A stretch of 62,930 nt of DNA, counting the filler, from Octopus bimaculoides (taxonomy: Eukaryota), in NCBI RefSeq assembly GCF_001194135.2. It is 9 parts of 9 records of this genome, joined end to end, with 100 filler letters (N's around TTAATTAATTAA, not from the genome) between each part and the next. Parts side by side here need not be neighbours in the genome. Positions count along the whole stretch, not along the records: positions 33,234 to 48,411 come from NC_068982.1; positions 48,512 to 49,937 come from NC_068997.1; positions 50,038 to 52,500 come from NC_069003.1; positions 52,601 to 57,237 come from NC_068987.1; 5 more parts are not named here. One strand, written 5' to 3'. Numbering within the stretch: the first letter of the stretch is position 1; each line of letters opens with the position of its first letter. Of the stretch, positions 41,463-52,609 are shown piece by piece. Both the position numbers and the translations under genes were made by a program. The notes beneath the pieces were generated by a model. It saw nothing but the letters and a program-made list of their open reading frames with translations. It ran no database searches and was not told the DNA's origin.

Positions 41463-41651
41463 CTTGAGCATGTTTTTGTCTGAGTTTGTTCAAGATGTTG
41501 GTAGAATCAAATCCAGCATTATCACTTAATTGACGTGGAATTATTTCTAATGCTTTTGCTATGGCACCAATTAGTAACTGGTCTTTTCCAGCAATTGTTC
41601 GAGAATATTCTCTCAAGTAACGACTCAATTCTATCTCTATAGCACCACCGC
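41463..41651 (-). CDS. CCT7: CCT7 penultimate coding exon (189 nt; missed by the ORF track)
   Basis: Acceptor ttttgttttag and donor CAAG|gtcagt. Encodes (G)[62 protein letters not shown](G), phase-compatible with both neighbours. Confidence 0.97.
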
Positions 41652-42225
41652 CTAAAACAAAATATCACACAACATTAAGATTCAACCGTACTTACAATTT
41701 CATTTAAATCTTTTTAATAAGTTTCTTTTCCTTTTTTTTTTTTAACTTTCTTAAATGAATCCCTTGACAACTAAAATGTCACAACACCAAAACAAGATTC
41801 GTTAACACCCAATCATGAAAGACCTTGTGATTGTAATCTTCCTTAAGAAAACCCATTTATATATTTACTTGCCATAGAAATTCAATATATGGAACAACTA
41901 AGATATATATATTTTTTTAATGTTTAGCTCTAATAGTGAATTAAAAATCACACTACTCCACACACCTCTAGAAAAAAATGGTTACCACTTATGGTCAACA
42001 GCATCTAAAAGACAAATTTGAAGGCTTTGTTACAAGATATTGAAAATACTGAGAAAAATGCAAGAAAAAAATGAAGTGATCAATGCCAGGCCATAAATGG
42101 GTTTTCAGAAACCCCACAAATTTTCACAGTGCAAGACTATGTGAGAGAAAGAAAGCCAACTGAGGTTGCTTAAAACAGGGCAAGCAACATGTGTAAATTA
42201 CTAATTGCCAGATAAATGTGTGTAT

Positions 42226-43685
42226 CATCATCATCATCATCATCGTTTAACGTCCGCTTTCCATGCTAGCATGGGTTGGACGATTTGACTGAGGACTGGT
42301 GAAACCGGATGGCTACACCAGGCTCCAATCTGATTTGGCAGAGTTTCTACAGCTGGATGCCCTTCCTAACGCCAACCACTCAGAGAGTGTAGTGGGTGCG
42401 TTTACGTGTCACCCGCACGAAAACGGCCACGCTCGAAATGGTGTCTTTTATGTGCCACCCGCACAGGCCAGTCCAGGGGCACTGGCAACGATCTCGCTCG
42501 AAAATCCTACAGGAGCCAGTCAGGCGGTACTGGCNNNNNNNNNNNNNNNNNNNNNNNNNNNNNNNNNNNNNNNNNNNNNNNNNNNNNNNNNNNNNNNNNN
42601 NNNNNNNNNNNNNNNNNNNNNNNNNNNNNNNNNNNNNNNNNNNNNNNNNNNNNNNNNNNNNNNNNNNNNNNNNNNNNNNNNNNNNNNNNNNNNNNNNNNN
42701 NNNNNNNNNNNNNNNNNNNNNNNNNNNNNNNNNNNNNNNNNNNNNNNNNNNNNNNNNNNNNNNNNNNNNNNNNNNNNNNNNNNNNNNNNNNNNNNNNNNN
42801 NNNNNNNNNNNNNNNNNNNNNNNNNNNNNNNNNNNNNNNNNNNNNNNNNNNNNNNNNNNNNNNNNNNNNNNNNNNNNNNNNNNNNNNNNNNNNNNNNNNN
42901 NNNNNNNNNNNNNNNNNNNNNNNNNNNNNNNNNNNNNNNNNNNNNNNNNNNNNNNNNNNNNNNNNNNNNNNNNNNNNNNNNNNNNNNNNNNNNNNNNNNN
43001 NNNNNNNNNNNNNNNNNNNNNNNNNNNNNNNNNNNNNNNNNNNNNNNNNNNNNNNNNNNNNNNNNNNNNNNNNNNNNNNNNNNNNNNNNNNNNNNNNNNN
43101 NNNNNNNNNNNNNNNNNNNNNNNNNNNNNNNNNNNNNNNNNNNNNNNNNNNNNNNNNNNNNNNNNNNNNNNNNNNNNNNNNNNNNNNNNNNNNNNNNNNN
43201 NNNNNNNNNNNNNNNNNNNNNNNNNNNNNNNNNNNNNNNNNNNNNNNNNNNNNNNNNNNNNNNNNNNNNNNNNNNNNNNNNNNNNNNNNNNNNNNNNNNN
43301 NNNNNNNNNNNNNNNNNNNNNNNNNNNNNNNNNNNNNNNNNNNNNNNNNNNNNNNTAGAGTTACTACCTACTCCTTTTCTACATACTGAGCAGGGCCATC
43401 TACCTGAAGGGGTTTGTGTTTTATCTACCTTCCTACTTATTAGGATTTTGGTTTTAGCTAGGTTGACTCTAAGGCCCTTCAATTTTAGACCTTGCTTCCA
43501 CACCTGAAACTTCTCCTCTAGTTCTGATAGTGACTCCGCAATTAGGGCAAGGTCATCAGCATAGAGGAGCTCCCAGGGGCAACCTGTCTTGAACTCCTCT
43601 GTGATTGCCTGGAGGACTATGGTAAATAAGAGGGGGCTGAGGACGGAACCTTGGTGGACCCCTACCTCTACCCGGAATTCATTGC
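42226..43685 (-). mobile_element. Young 5'-truncated RTE (BovB-like) LINE in CCT7 intron, gap inside
   Basis: NEFRVEVGVHQGSVLSPLLFTIVL...PWELLYADDLALIAES...VWKQGLKLKGLRVNLAKTK...GRWPCSVCRKGVGSNS, with YADD at 43552-43563. 3' UTR and (GAT)n tail at 42226-42534. Confidence 0.92.
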
Positions 43686-44366
43686 TAACACATATATAGA
43701 TTAGTGGATGCTCTCAAACACCATCACAAACTCCATATTTATGCAAAGTAAAGCTTTAATAACTTTTCTCAACAAGATTTTGCTTCCTTGCTTGTATTTT
43801 ATACTTTAAACTTTTGGCCTTGTTTCACCATCAGCATTGCATCTTATACTAAAAAAATATTACATAATAGTGTGAACAACATCTATCAGCATCTTAAGGA
43901 GCATTGCTGAATAAGTAAATGTCTTTAAAACCTGTTTTAAGTTGTTCATTCTATCAGACTGATGGGGTTTCCTAAGCAATATAAATCACAAAGTTTACAC
44001 AGGTAATACAAATCTTGAAGGGCTACTCAACCAAAATTGCATAAAAAGGTAGCATTTTCATTAGATGTTAATTCAATTTTATCTATTCAATAAAACATTA
44101 ACCTTTCTTCTACATCTACTGAGATTCAAATACTTTATAAAAAGCTTTATTCCCTCTTATTCTTAAACCTGGTTTCAATAACTGTACTGCAGAATCATCA
44201 ATAATTTGCAATCAATGGGCTCAAAATACACAAGACTCAAACTTAAACACCACTTGCTGCAGCATGAAGTAGTTTTGAGATTAAAATTTATGGCATTTCT
44301 ATCAATACGAAAGACAAACAGCTGTAAATATGACAGGTTTAACAACTCAGTCTGCTTTGTCTAAAA

Positions 44367-44563
44367 GAGTGGTTTTTAACCAGGGTCCACATGACCCTTG
44401 GCAAGTCCCATAAGAATGTGTTAAAATTTATGTGCAATAAGTTGGTTATTCGTCTACAATACACAAAAGATTTCAATAGTTTTTATACATTTCCTAATAA
44501 GATTTCAATTATTGAAATATAATGGAATTTTTTTTTAAAACATCGAATGGTTAAGAACCACCG
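44367..44563. mobile_element. hAT-type MITE relic
   Basis: Ends gagtggtttttaacc and ggttaagaaccaccg resemble hAT CAGTGGTTCTTAACC TIRs. Confidence 0.5.
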
Positions 44564-44808
44564 ATTTAAATGGATATGGATATCTCAAGGGGAGATAAAT
44601 CGAGTTAAACAAGTTGCAAATAATTAGTGACGGAGGATATGTAATAGTTTCTGTTTTATTACATTGAAACTCTGCACATACCTAATAAAAAAAAAATGCA
44701 AGCAAGACGTTTCATATTATTAAGTTTACTTTAAGAACAGAAGACATTGCTTAAGACACTGTTATAATAAGAACAAAATAGAGAAAATGAGATCTGAAAA
44801 TATCTTAC

Positions 44809-44960
44809 CAGCGACAACAGCATCATTTTTCAAAGCCCTTCTCACAATCATAATGGCATCATGGAGAGATCTTTCTGTCTCTTCAATAAATTGTTCAGCA
44901 CCACCTCTCAAAATCATTGTGCAGGTTTTCGCTTGGGGACATCCAGTAAAAATGTTATAC
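44809..44960 (-). CDS. CCT7: CCT7 internal coding exon (152 nt)
   Basis: Acceptor gatgttag and donor GCTG|gtaaga. Encodes (R)[41 protein letters not shown], a CCT-eta signature, followed by ALKNDAVVA(G). Confidence 0.97.
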
Positions 44961-45596
44961 CTAACATCAAGTACAACAAAAAAAAAAACATTAGTATCAC
45001 TAACCTTAATAGTCAATTCTTAAAATTATCAGTGGGACTACTTCACTGAGGATACAACCTGCTTTTGAACTCACAAAATTTATTACTAAACAGAGTCACT
45101 TGAGCATAATCTTTCAGAAAAGTGAGAGATTTACATTTAACCAATTTATAACTTACATTTGAGAAACAAGCAACTAAAGATTCTTAATGAAAAAGTAATA
45201 ACTAAAAGCATTAAAGAAATGTGTGACTGATTTCTCTTATTAGAAGCCAGTTATATTTTAGAATAAAAAAAAAAAAAATTGTTGATAAGAGAGGAAGGGA
45301 AAATGAGAAAAATAATTTTAACCACCTTCAGGAATTAATTATAGCAAAATTTCAGGAATTAATTATAGCAAAATAAGTGAAAACTCTTGAAAATGGAAAT
45401 ATTGTGCAACAATTCAAATTAAAGAATGTATTCAACACACATTGCAACGAAATTAATTTTGGCATTTATAAATGTCTTTTATATACAACTAGACATTTAG
45501 CAACAGTAAAAAAATTGATCATGTTTATAAATACTCTTTAACTGTTGCCTAATCTCTATTTTTACATATGACTGTATAAAAACGATCATCTTTCAA

Positions 45597-45757
45597 CCCT
45601 TTAGCATTTAAACTGGCCATATCCAGCTTTTCACATCTACCCTGCAATGTCACTGTAAAAATATACAATAACACCGTTGACATAATGCATGATAAATTGA
45701 AAACAGTGTAAACAAATAAGCATTACAATTGACAGAGTAATCTGAATGCTTAAAGGA
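45597..45757. mobile_element. piggyBac-type MITE copy 1
   Basis: ccctttagcatttaaactggcc...tctgaatgcttaaagga|ttaa. Confidence 0.65.
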
Positions 45758-46043
45758 TTAAACAAATCCACTCACATGGCATTGGCTTGAGTAGAAGACA
45801 CTTGCTCCAAGTGGGAATGAACCCAGAACCAAGTGGTGGGGAAACAACCTTCTTACAAATCAGTCCTGCATGCACCTCTGATATTTGTTCCAATTCTGTG
45901 TTTTGCAAATTCCACCCAGGTTAGCCTTTTCTCTCGTCCCTCTGAGTTCAGCTCACTAACAAAATGTCACCTTTTGAATGATCTGCTGGATTGAGTTGGC
46001 CTGTTGTGTCTGGAAGCACACAGGCACCCAATCAAACCATTAA

Positions 46044-46252
46044 CCCTTTAAGCATTTAAACCGGTCAAAAAAAATATACCTGCATTATCTTCAAACTGGC
46101 CAGATCCAGCCTCTCATGCTTACTTGAGAATGTTTCTAAAACTAAACAACCATATCATCGAAATCTCAAAACCACAAAGTAATGCATGACTAATTCATAT
46201 AAAGGGAATAAACAAGCATTGCATTTGATGGAGAAATCTGAATGCTAAAGGG
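46044..46252. mobile_element. piggyBac-type MITE copy 2 with TTAA target-site duplications
   Basis: ttaa|ccctttaagcattt...aatgctaaaggg|ttaa (TTAA at 46040-46043 and 46253-46256). Confidence 0.8.
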
Positions 46253-47074
46253 TTAAGCAAAGCCTGCTATACACTGACACCATATCATCTTTCATTGCAA
46301 ATGAAAGCTGTAGTTTATAAGTATATTCTTTTTGTTGTAGCATAGTATACACATAATTACAAGTTGAAAGAATCAACCAACAAACAGTATGTTGCCAAAG
46401 AATTGATATATTGAGATATAATGTTGGTTCCAAAGACTAAGTTCTACCAGATGGATTTGACAGAACAACTCTCATGAAACCAAAATAGTATCAAAGTAAA
46501 ACTAGAACAGTTCAACTTGTTGATACTATAAGTTTTAGTATTCCACAAATGTAACACTGTATGACAATAGCAGACATGCAGTTGACTTGTATGTGGTATT
46601 TCAGAAAAATGTGTTTTGTAAATTGTTAGTCATAAACCAATTCTGATGTCTGATATATCTGAGATAATAGTGAAGCTAACAATGACAATTCATGTTCCAG
46701 TATTACTACATTACTTTTGTAATTCAATGTATTCAAAAATCGCTAGTGAAACCCAATATTTTGTGATTCATGGACTGTAAAAGAAAACTGGTAATCAAGG
46801 TGTATGTTTGATAAACTGCAACTAAACGAGAATGATTAGAGCAAAGCATTTGGATTTTTAAAAAATAAAGACAGACAATACAATGAATTAGAAAGATTAA
46901 AATAATTGATCACAATCATTTTAACAACACAAGAGATAAATTAGTGAGATGGTCAGGAAATGAAATATTAGATACAGAACATATATTCATCTCATCACAT
47001 ATACATTCGTTCTGGTGGCACATAAATGTACCCCAGTGTCACACAAATGGCAACCATGCCAGTGGCATGTAAAA

Positions 47075-48411
47075 GCACCCATTACACTCGTGGAGTAGCT
47101 GGCATTAGGAAGGGCATCCAACCGCAGAAAACCATGTCAAATCAGACTGGAGTCTGGTGCAGCCTTCCTGTGTGCCAGCCCAATCAATCCGTCCAAACAG
47201 ACATTAAATTATGATGATGATAAGAATTATACCAATGCAGTGGGGTAAGAATATTAACAGAAGTTATGTAGGTTTACATTTATCAAGTTCTACCATATTA
47301 ATTTTGATAGAACAACTCTCGTGGAACCAGATTAGTTTTAATATTCCACAAACGCAATACTGTATGACAATATTAGGCATCCAGTTGTCTTAAACTGTGG
47401 TACACTTTATAAAAAACAAATCATGATATTAATGAAGATTGTTAACTATAATGATGCATATACAAAATTATTAGTCAATCAATAACACTGTGTTATGGTA
47501 CAAGGTTTATTAAATACAGTTAGATAAGACTAATTAGCTCAAAGCATTCATTCAATATTTTCAAAAACAAAATGGGTAATTATGAATAAATAATTCTAAA
47601 GACTGAGAAAGGAAACACCATCCATAGTGTTATATTTAATACAGAATAAGATAATATTTAGTAAATTAACCTATTTCATATCAATTAATACAAAGTCTAC
47701 TAAAAATTATTATGATGGAAAATTATATTTTGTGTAAAAACTTTTGGCTTAACATTTTAGCATTCAACCTGGCCATATCCAGCCCAAATATTCCACCAGA
47801 TCTGGCCTCTCATACCTATCCTACTATGTCATTCAAAAAATAAACAATCACATCATTGAAATACTGAATGCGTGAATAAGCATTACATTTGATAGAGTAA
47901 TGTGAATACTAAAGGCTTAAGGAAGATATTGACTAAATCCTTAAAAATTCTAAAGACTGATTTTCAAATTAACTGAAACAGATGTATTTTAATAGAAGTA
48001 TGAGGTATGAAAGGTAAAAATGACCGTTTGATATCATTTTGCACCCATTATACTCTTGGAGCAGTTAGCATTAGGAAGGGCATCCAACCGCAGAAAACTA
48101 TGCCAAATCAGACTGGAGTCTGGTGCAGCCTTCCTGTGTGCCAGCCCAATCAATCCGTCCAAACGGACATTAAATGATGATGATGATAAGAATTATACCA
48201 ATGCAGTGGGGGTAAGAACATTAATAGAATTATGTAGGTTTCATTTATCAAGTTCTACCATATTAATTTTGATAGAACAACTCTCGTGGAACCAGATTAG
48301 TTTTAATATTCCACAAACGCAATACTGTATGACAATATTAGGCATCCAGTTGTCTTAAACTGTGGTACACTTTATAAAAAACAAATGATATTAATGAAGA
48401 TTGTTAGCTAT
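47075..48411 (+). repeat. Direct duplication of about 370 bp (47075-47449 and 48041-48411)
   Basis: An RTE-tail element plus downstream flank, repeated with only scattered substitutions and small indels. The second copy ends at a contig join. Confidence 0.9.
47753..47916. mobile_element. piggyBac-type MITE copy 3
   Basis: ttaa|cattttagcattcaacctggcc...tgtgaatactaaaggc|ttaa. Confidence 0.6.
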
Positions 48412-48511
48412 NNNNNNNNNNNNNNNNNNNNNNNNNNNNNNNNNNNNNNNNNNNNTTAATTAATTAANNNNNNNNNNNNNNNNNNNNNNNNNNNNNNNNN
48501 NNNNNNNNNNN

Positions 48512-48813
48512 CCAGTACCGCCTGACTGGCTCCTGTAGGATTTTCGAGCGAGATCGCTGCCAGTGCCCCTGGACTGGCTTGTGCGGGTGGCACATAAAAG
48601 ACACCATTTCGAGCATGGCCGTTTTCGTGCGGGTGACACGTAAAAGCACCCACTACACTCTCTGAGTGGTTGGCGTTAGGAAGGGCATCCAGCTGTAGAA
48701 ACTCTGCCAAATCAGACTGGAGCCTGGTGTTGCCATCCGGTTTCACCAGTCCTCAGTCAAATCGTCCAACCCATGCTAGCATGGAAAGCGGACGTTAAAC
48801 GATGATGATGATG
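48512..48813 (+). mobile_element. 3' end of the young RTE LINE (inverted near-identical copy of about 42232-42533)
   Basis: The reverse complement matches 42232-42533 with six substitutions by my count and ends in a (GAT)n tail. Confidence 0.9.
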
Positions 48814-49014
48814 ATTCAGAAATAAAAATTTATTGTTTTTCATACAAGTGGTGTCTCCATGTAATCAACTTGAGTGATTTATTTTCTTAAAGAAATTATT
48901 TTTGTGTTTTGTGATCTAATAGGTAATTAAATCCAAAAATTTTCTCCAACAGTGACAATATTATTGCATAGAATTAATTTACATGCCTTATGTTGCATTT
49001 TGTTGTACATTGGT

Positions 49015-49200
49015 ACGAGTGCAGCTGTGTGGTAAAAAATTTGCTTCCCAACCACATGGTTCCAGGTTCAGTCCCACTGCATAACACTTAGGCACTTGTC
49101 TTCTACTGGAGCCTGGTGCAGTCTTCTTCCTAGCCAGCTCCTGTCAAACAGCCAATCCATGCCAGCATGGAAAATGGACGGTAAATGGTGATGATGATGA
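49015..49200 (+). mobile_element. Chimeric SINE: family-A tRNA head plus RTE-like 3' tail
   Basis: gctgtgtggtaaaaaatttgcttcccaaccacatggttccaggttcagtccc head joined to ccatgccagcatggaaaatggacggtaaatggtgatgatgatga. Confidence 0.65.
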
Positions 49201-49409
49201 ATGAGCTGTTGTTGATGGTAGTAATGATGATGAAGGGGAAGAGGGGAAGAGAGGAAGGAGGGCAGTGTTGATTATATTTGTTTTTTTTTTTAGGTGAGCT
49301 AATAATGTTGTTTATGCTAGAGGTGATGTTAATGATGGTAATGAATATGATATTTATTAATGATGAAATGACTAAACAACTTACAAAGTTATTTTTTTAT
49401 TATTTGCAG

Positions 49410-49540
49410 GTGTGTTTGTGGCGACCCTCTGTGAATCTGGTACCAGTCAGATTGCAAATAACTTGATGGAACTCAATGCTACACTCTCTTTGCTTAGTTC
49501 CTCCTTGGTGGGCCGGGGCAACAAACCACGGAATGTATAA
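49410..49540 (+). CDS. Probable terminal coding exon of an unidentified gene
   Basis: Strong acceptor (atttttttattatttgcag), phase-1 open frame (G)VFVATLCESGTSQIANNLMELNATLSLLSSSLVGRGNKPRNV*, GC well above the flanks, and AATAAA at 49628-49633. Confidence 0.55.
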
Positions 49541-50037
49541 AGAAATGAAGTTCCCGACTCACTCATCTTTCTCTTAACAGCTCAATCTTGTCTCCCAGAT
49601 CACTACATCTCCCTCTCCAATCTACTAAATAAAAATCACCATTTTACCATGTCTTTCTCTGTGATTATTAAATTGTGTTAAACAATTTTCATTTATATTT
49701 TATTCCGGTGTAAAAAAAAAAAAAAATGAGAAAAACCTTTCAGAAACATTTTCTTTTTATTGTTGTTTGTTTGTTTTTGGAATTAAATCATAAACATTAA
49801 AATCAAAATAGTCTTTGTTTTTCTGTTTCTTATTGTGTTCCATTTTCATACGATATTCTATTACTGCTATGATAAAAGCATGTATGCAAGCATACATGTG
49901 TGTATATATGTATATATGTATACAGATGTATGTATCANNNNNNNNNNNNNNNNNNNNNNNNNNNNNNNNNNNNNNNNNNNNTTAATTAATTAANNNNNNN
50001 NNNNNNNNNNNNNNNNNNNNNNNNNNNNNNNNNNNNN

Positions 50038-50075
<38 letters not shown>

Positions 50076-50088
50076 GTATATATACACG

Positions 50089-50120
<32 letters not shown>

Positions 50121-50194
50121 AGTATATATATGTATATATGTCTACGCATATGTGTATATAAGTATATATATAAGTATATAATATATATATATGA

Positions 50195-50234
<40 letters not shown>

Positions 50235-50417
50235 GCAAATACGCATGTAATGATATATATATATATATGTCTATAATTAAGTATACATACAGACTGTCAT
50301 TTGCATGTGTGTATACATATATGGAAGCAAATACGTAAGTCTTCAGGTGCACATGATAATGTATCTAAGTTGGTGTGTATATGTGTCTACAGGGGTACAT
50401 TATGCGCATGTATCCGT

Positions 50418-50470
<53 letters not shown>

Positions 50471-51277
50471 TCTGTGTGTATGTATGTGTAAGCGTCTGTG
50501 TCTGTATATGTTCATGTGTGCGTGTGTAAAATGAACAGAGATAGCCACCAATCGTGTTAACGCTGGAAATATGGTTCCTGTCGCCAGGAATTAAATCAAC
50601 CGGAAGTCGATCTTTAGTGTATAAAAATCAGTAAAGGTATGACTAAGCTGTTTAGCTGTATCGAAGCGATAATGGTATTTAAAGAAATGAGGAATAGGTG
50701 GAAGAAATATTGTTGCTGAAGATTATGTTATGGAATTGTAGCGTCGATGAATCAATAAACCGTTGTTATACCGATAGGAAAGATCTTTAGTTTTTTTCCC
50801 TGCCTATTGACGCCACACGATGTCTGTGACAAATATATTCATCTGGTAATGACTCAGTCCAGCTATAAGTAAATTGGTACAAAGCTAAGGTAAGTGAAAG
50901 CTGCCTGGCCAGGTGGTTCTGGTAACCATGATAATGTCGTTGGTTCCATTCCTAGATCGGACAGCGCCAGTGCCATCTTAGCAACATTATAGGACCGTTA
51001 TCAGAGAATCGGTGCACAGAGCCCTGTTGTTTATTTACGGACCCGTGAGACTCGGGGGAAAATCAATGCACTGAGCCTTAGAGTATTTTCTATTGACACT
51101 CAGCCACACCAAACAGATTAGAATTCGTCCCCGAGTTCCGTGAGGTTCTGAAAGTGACCATGTTTTTCTGAGACTTCTGGAGAACGCGTGTTGTGCCCTT
51201 GAGAAAGGCACTTTAACTCACGTTGCTCCAGTTTATTCAACTGAGAATTAGTACCAACTGAGGATTTATTGTAGTAG

Positions 51278-51324
<47 letters not shown>

Positions 51325-51754
51325 TCCCTCCCTCCCTCTCTCCTTCTCTCTCACCCTCTCTTTCTCTCTATCTGTTTATCTACCTGTCTGTCTATCTATC
51401 TGCTTATATCTATTTATCCATTTATCTAACTAGCTAGCTATATCTATCTATATATATCTATTTATATCTATTTATAACAATCTATCTAATTATCTATCTA
51501 TCTAGTTATATCTATTTATCTATCTATATTTATCTATCTATTTATCTATCTAGATATATCTATCTCTCTATCCATTTATATATGTAATGTTCACATTGCT
51601 TAAATAAATGGAGTCGCATGAAACGATCGCACTGCATTAACTTTGGATATCTTTGCTGCTTATTTTGATTTTAATCACCTTATTTTGGAATTCTGGTGCC
51701 TAAATTTAAGTACCATATTCACCTTGAATCTAATTTTTTTACGGAACTTGAGGG

Positions 51755-51805
<51 letters not shown>

Positions 51806-51939
51806 CCTCAAGTTGTTACACGCCATATGTTCCACTGGTCGAAGTGTGAGAGAATCGGAACGGTTCTATGTTTTTTGGCGACTATAAGGGCACGGAAAAT
51901 AATTAGCGATAGCATGGTACACTTTACTTTGCCATGGTC

Positions 51940-52200
51940 GTTCGTGGACGATGGCTGGCTCTCGAATGATGTTAAGGTAACATGCATGCTACATACACAT
52001 GTACATGAGATTCAACGTGACATACAATGCGACATGGCTGGCCCATTGAATTACAGGTACAACTCATTTTTGCCGACTGAGTGGACTGGAACAACATGAA
52101 ATTAAGTGTCGTGCTCAAGGACACTACGCACCGACCGGAATTGAACTCACGATCGTAAGGTTTTTCGGCACACGAATGCTCAAACCACTTAACCACACAC
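51940..52200 (-). mobile_element. tRNA-derived SINE family C
   Basis: The reverse complement has gtggttaagtggtttgagc...gtgagttcaattccggtcg...gtccttgagcacgacacttaatttc...ccagtccactcag. Confidence 0.7.
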
Positions 52201-52609
52201 TTTCACATGCATACACACACACACACACACACAGAGTCACATACACACACACACACACACATGCACATACACACACAGACACATACGCCCACACACACAC
52301 ACACACATGCACATATACATACACATACGCACGCACACACATACACATGCACGCACACACACACACACACGCACACACACACAAGCACATATACATACAC
52401 ACACACGCACGCACGCACACACATGCACATATACATACACGCACGCACGCACGCGCACACATGCACATACACACGCACACACACACACAAGCGCATATAC
52501 NNNNNNNNNNNNNNNNNNNNNNNNNNNNNNNNNNNNNNNNNNNNTTAATTAATTAANNNNNNNNNNNNNNNNNNNNNNNNNNNNNNNNNNNNNNNNNNNN
52601 TGTGTGTGC

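Noticed and set aside
50820-50895. Strong donor AAG|gtaagt near 50889
   Set aside because: No coherent upstream exon or open frame supports it.
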